A stretch of 37,321 bases of DNA from a virus (taxonomy: Duplodnaviria > Caudoviricetes). The first letter of the stretch is position 1. Each line of letters begins with the position of its first letter. Of the stretch, positions 34,976 through 37,321 are shown piece by piece. The translations under genes were made by a program, and so were the position numbers. Location of the stretch: positions 1-37,321 of IMG/VR virus record IMGVR_UViG_3300032233_000671. The stretch is one strand, 5' to 3'. Under the pieces are notes generated by a model, which searched no databases, was not told the origin of the DNA, and saw only the letters and a program-made list of their open reading frames with translations.

Positions 34976-35487
34976 AATATTTCTCCTTTTGCTTCTATTG
35001 AAAGCAAAGTATCCATTGATTCAATTAATCCTAATTCATTGTAAGACGGTGCAATAACTTCATTTTCGATCTGCGCTAAATCTTCTTCTGCGCCAAATTC
35101 AGTTAAATGCACTGTTGTCCACAACGTATCTTCTTCTGCATATACTGCTCGCTTTAACCCAACTTCTGACACAAACGTGCAAGGTGCTGTTAAATGCTTT
35201 TGACCAAACTCAGTAAAAACAATTACTTTGCCTTTTGAAATAAAATTCAAATGTTGATGTTTATGAATTTTACCTATGATCAACGTGCCTTTAGGAATCA
35301 ACATTTCTCGTGCGTAAGCGTGGCATCCGTACTTATCGTCTTTAGGTGTAAAGTAATGCGTAAGCGTGCAGTTTTCTAATGTTGATTGAACGGCGCCGCT
35401 ATCAATTAAGTCTTGTAATCCGTTTTGTACAGTTAAAATGTCCTCTCGGAATTTAACTTTTTCAACAGTATTCGCAACTTCGTTCAT
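34972..35487 (-). CDS. Cupin-fold protein (start MNEVA)
   Basis: YAREMLIPKGTLIIGKIHKHQHLNFISKG..KRAVYAEEDTLWTTVH; ATGA overlaps. Confidence 0.7.
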   Translation of the reverse strand: MNEVANTVEKVKFREDILTVQNGLQDLIDSGAVQSTLENCTLTHYFTPKDDKYGCHAYAREMLIPKGTLIIGKIHKHQHLNFISKGKVIVFTEFGQKHLTAPCTFVSEVGLKRAVYAEEDTLWTTVHLTEFGAEEDLAQIENEVIAPSYNELGLIESMDTLLSIEAKGEIL

Positions 35488-37321
35488 ACCACCACCCATC
35501 GAGAGCCTGACGCCAAGGTTACTGTAACGCCGCTAGCAACCGTTATGATACCCGCAGACATGCCAGAATTGCCCGCCGCGATCGTGTAATTTGATGATAC
35601 TGTTTGACTATTGACAAATATACCATTACTTGCAACAACTTCGGAAGATGTTAACTCTCCTGTGCTAGGTTTGTACAGCAGTTTTGCGTTGCCGGTATAA
35701 ATTGTCGTCAAAGAACCTGATGTTGCAGCCGCAAAGGTTGGATAAAGGTTTGTGGCTGTCGTCGTGTCATTAGTAATGGTTGCGCCTGACCCGCTAGCCG
35801 CTGCCCACTTTACCCCCGTTGCTGTAGTTGAATCAGCGGTCAAAACATAGGTATCAGTGCCTACTGCTTGGCGTACGTTATCTGTGCCGTTGCTAACAAT
35901 CAAATCGCCTTTTGTAGTAGTAGGCGATAAAGCATCAAACGCATTAACTGCGGTAGTCTGGCCAGTTCCGCCGTTTGCTATTGCTACTACACCAGTCACA
36001 TTACCGGCGCTACCAGAAATATTGCCTGTAATCTTAGACCCAGCTAACGACGTAATCCAAGTTGGGTCGGCGTAACTGCCAGTCGTATAGACGCCATTTG
36101 TTACCGTACCCGCATTACCTGTCGTATCAACATTAATTGGTGACGGTAAACTTAGCGTTACGCCACCTGTACTAGCGGAAACCGTTACTTGATTAGCCGT
36201 GCCAGTTAACGAGGTGACGCCTGAATTATTGATGGTAATTGCAGCCGAGCCGTTGTAAGTCGTACCAACACTATACGAAATACCAGTACCCGCCGTTAAA
36301 GCGTTAGCTACGCTACCCGCTTGGCCAGTCGTGTTTTGATTAAGTGTAGGAATATCGGCCGCAACAACAGCGCGGAATGTCGGTACCCCTGCTGTGCCAT
36401 TTGGTGCTGCAAGGAAAAAGTTAGCTGTTTTACTAGCGTACGGGTTCTGCGTATCGCCATAGCCAGACGCCAAACTAATATTTGGCGTTGCGCCGCCGGA
36501 TGATACAACTGGTGAGGTGCCAGTTACCGAAGTAACCGCACCTGCATTAGTCGCATTAATAGTAATTGAGCCGCCGCCATTGGTAATACTAATGCCGGTA
36601 CCTGCGGTAAGCGTGGCTTTGGTAAGCGTATTGCCAGTGCTATTACCAATCAATAACTGACCATCAGTATAACTAGTTTGGCCTGTGCCGCCATTTAGTA
36701 CAGCTACAACGCCGGTAACATTGGCGGCTGTGCCGGTAGTGTTGACGTTAATTGTGGCGGGCAAACTTAATGTAACGCTGCCTGTACTAGCCGACACGTC
36801 AACTTGACTTGCCGTACCTGTTAAAGATGTAACGCCTGTATTAGTAATGGTTACCGCAGCCGAGCCGTTATACGACGTGCCACTTAAACCAGTACCAATT
36901 GTCAAAGCATTAGCTAAACTGCCAACACCTGTGACTGATGCAGGCGTGACGTTCTTCCAATAGCCTAATGTGCTGTCGTATTGGATTAAATTGTTGTTAG
37001 CAAGCGTAGAAAATTGTACGTTTGAGTCAGTACCACCAAGGGTAGAGCCTGGTCGCAAAATAACTTGAAAAGACCCAGAACCACCTGATCCTGCGGTAAT
37101 TACAGTGCCAATTTGCATTTTAATGTTGGGTGCAACTGGTTCAATTGCAGTAGGGTTGCCAGTTACTGGGTTGTACCAAATTACATCATCGTCAGCCCAA
37201 GTTTCACCAAAAGCAGCACCATTAGTTGTAATGCCACGCACTACACCAAAAGCCGTAATTCGTCCAAAACCGTTTAAAGCAATATTTTCAGTAGCTACGC
37301 CGATAATGTCGTTTGCGTTTG
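35484..37321 (-). CDS. Tail fibre/needle-position protein, C-terminal part (continues from 1-889)
   Basis: Open to the window end; G/T-rich repeats; C-terminal YTIAAG..MSAG..GSRWVVV. Confidence 0.85.
   Translation of the reverse strand, partial: NANDIIGVATENIALNGFGRITAFGVVRGITTNGAAFGETWADDDVIWYNPVTGNPTAIEPVAPNIKMQIGTVITAGSGGSGSFQVILRPGSTLGGTDSNVQFSTLANNNLIQYDSTLGYWKNVTPASVTGVGSLANALTIGTGLSGTSYNGSAAVTITNTGVTSLTGTASQVDVSASTGSVTLSLPATINVNTTGTAANVTGVVAVLNGGTGQTSYTDGQLLIGNSTGNTLTKATLTAGTGISITNGGGSITINATNAGAVTSVTGTSPVVSSGGATPNISLASGYGDTQNPYASKTANFFLAAPNGTAGVPTFRAVVAADIPTLNQNTTGQAGSVANALTAGTGISYSVGTTYNGSAAITINNSGVTSLTGTANQVTVSASTGGVTLSLPSPINVDTTGNAGTVTNGVYTTGSYADPTWITSLAGSKITGNISGSAGNVTGVVAIANGGTGQTTAVNAFDALSPTTTKGDLIVSNGTDNVRQAVGTDTYVLTADSTTATGVKWAAASGSGATITNDTTTATNLYPTFAAATSGSLTTIYTGNAKLLYKPSTGELTSSEVVASNGIFVNSQTVSSNYTIAAGNSGMSAGIITVASGVTVTLASGSRWVVV
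37199..37321. repeat. Terminal direct repeat, copy 2
   Basis: Identical to 1-123. Confidence 0.95.

Overview
This window is a complete, circularly assembled tailed-phage genome of about 37,198 bp; bases 1-123 repeat exactly at 37199-37321. It has four transcription blocks. (1) A minus-strand late block of about 24 kb starts at terS (11971) and crosses the junction: terS, terL, three small basic proteins, P22-like portal, a ferritin-like protein, scaffold, P22-type coat, three decoration-like proteins, gp4- and gp10-like neck proteins, an 867-aa fibre split by the junction, a cupin, three ejection proteins, a multi-fibre module and a lysis cassette. (2) A plus-strand early block of small genes, including a Gp88-like radical-SAM-type protein. 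(3) A minus-strand APSE-like replication block: Cas4-like nuclease, putative SSB, family A polymerase, free-standing NUMOD4-HNH and primase-helicase. (4) A plus-strand block: VRR-NUC, SNF2 helicase, HTH protein and a lipoprotein. I saw no integrase, tRNA or CRISPR array. The architecture suggests a podovirus of a Gram-negative, possibly freshwater betaproteobacterial, host (inference). The most interesting signals are a structured loop-E-type RNA element between SSB and polA, a PolA with Leu762/Phe766 but no purZ, an iteron-like origin with palindromic operators, a cassette-like early region of acidic and membrane microproteins, and a possibly branched tail-fibre system. All family assignments come from motif recognition by eye, with no database search.
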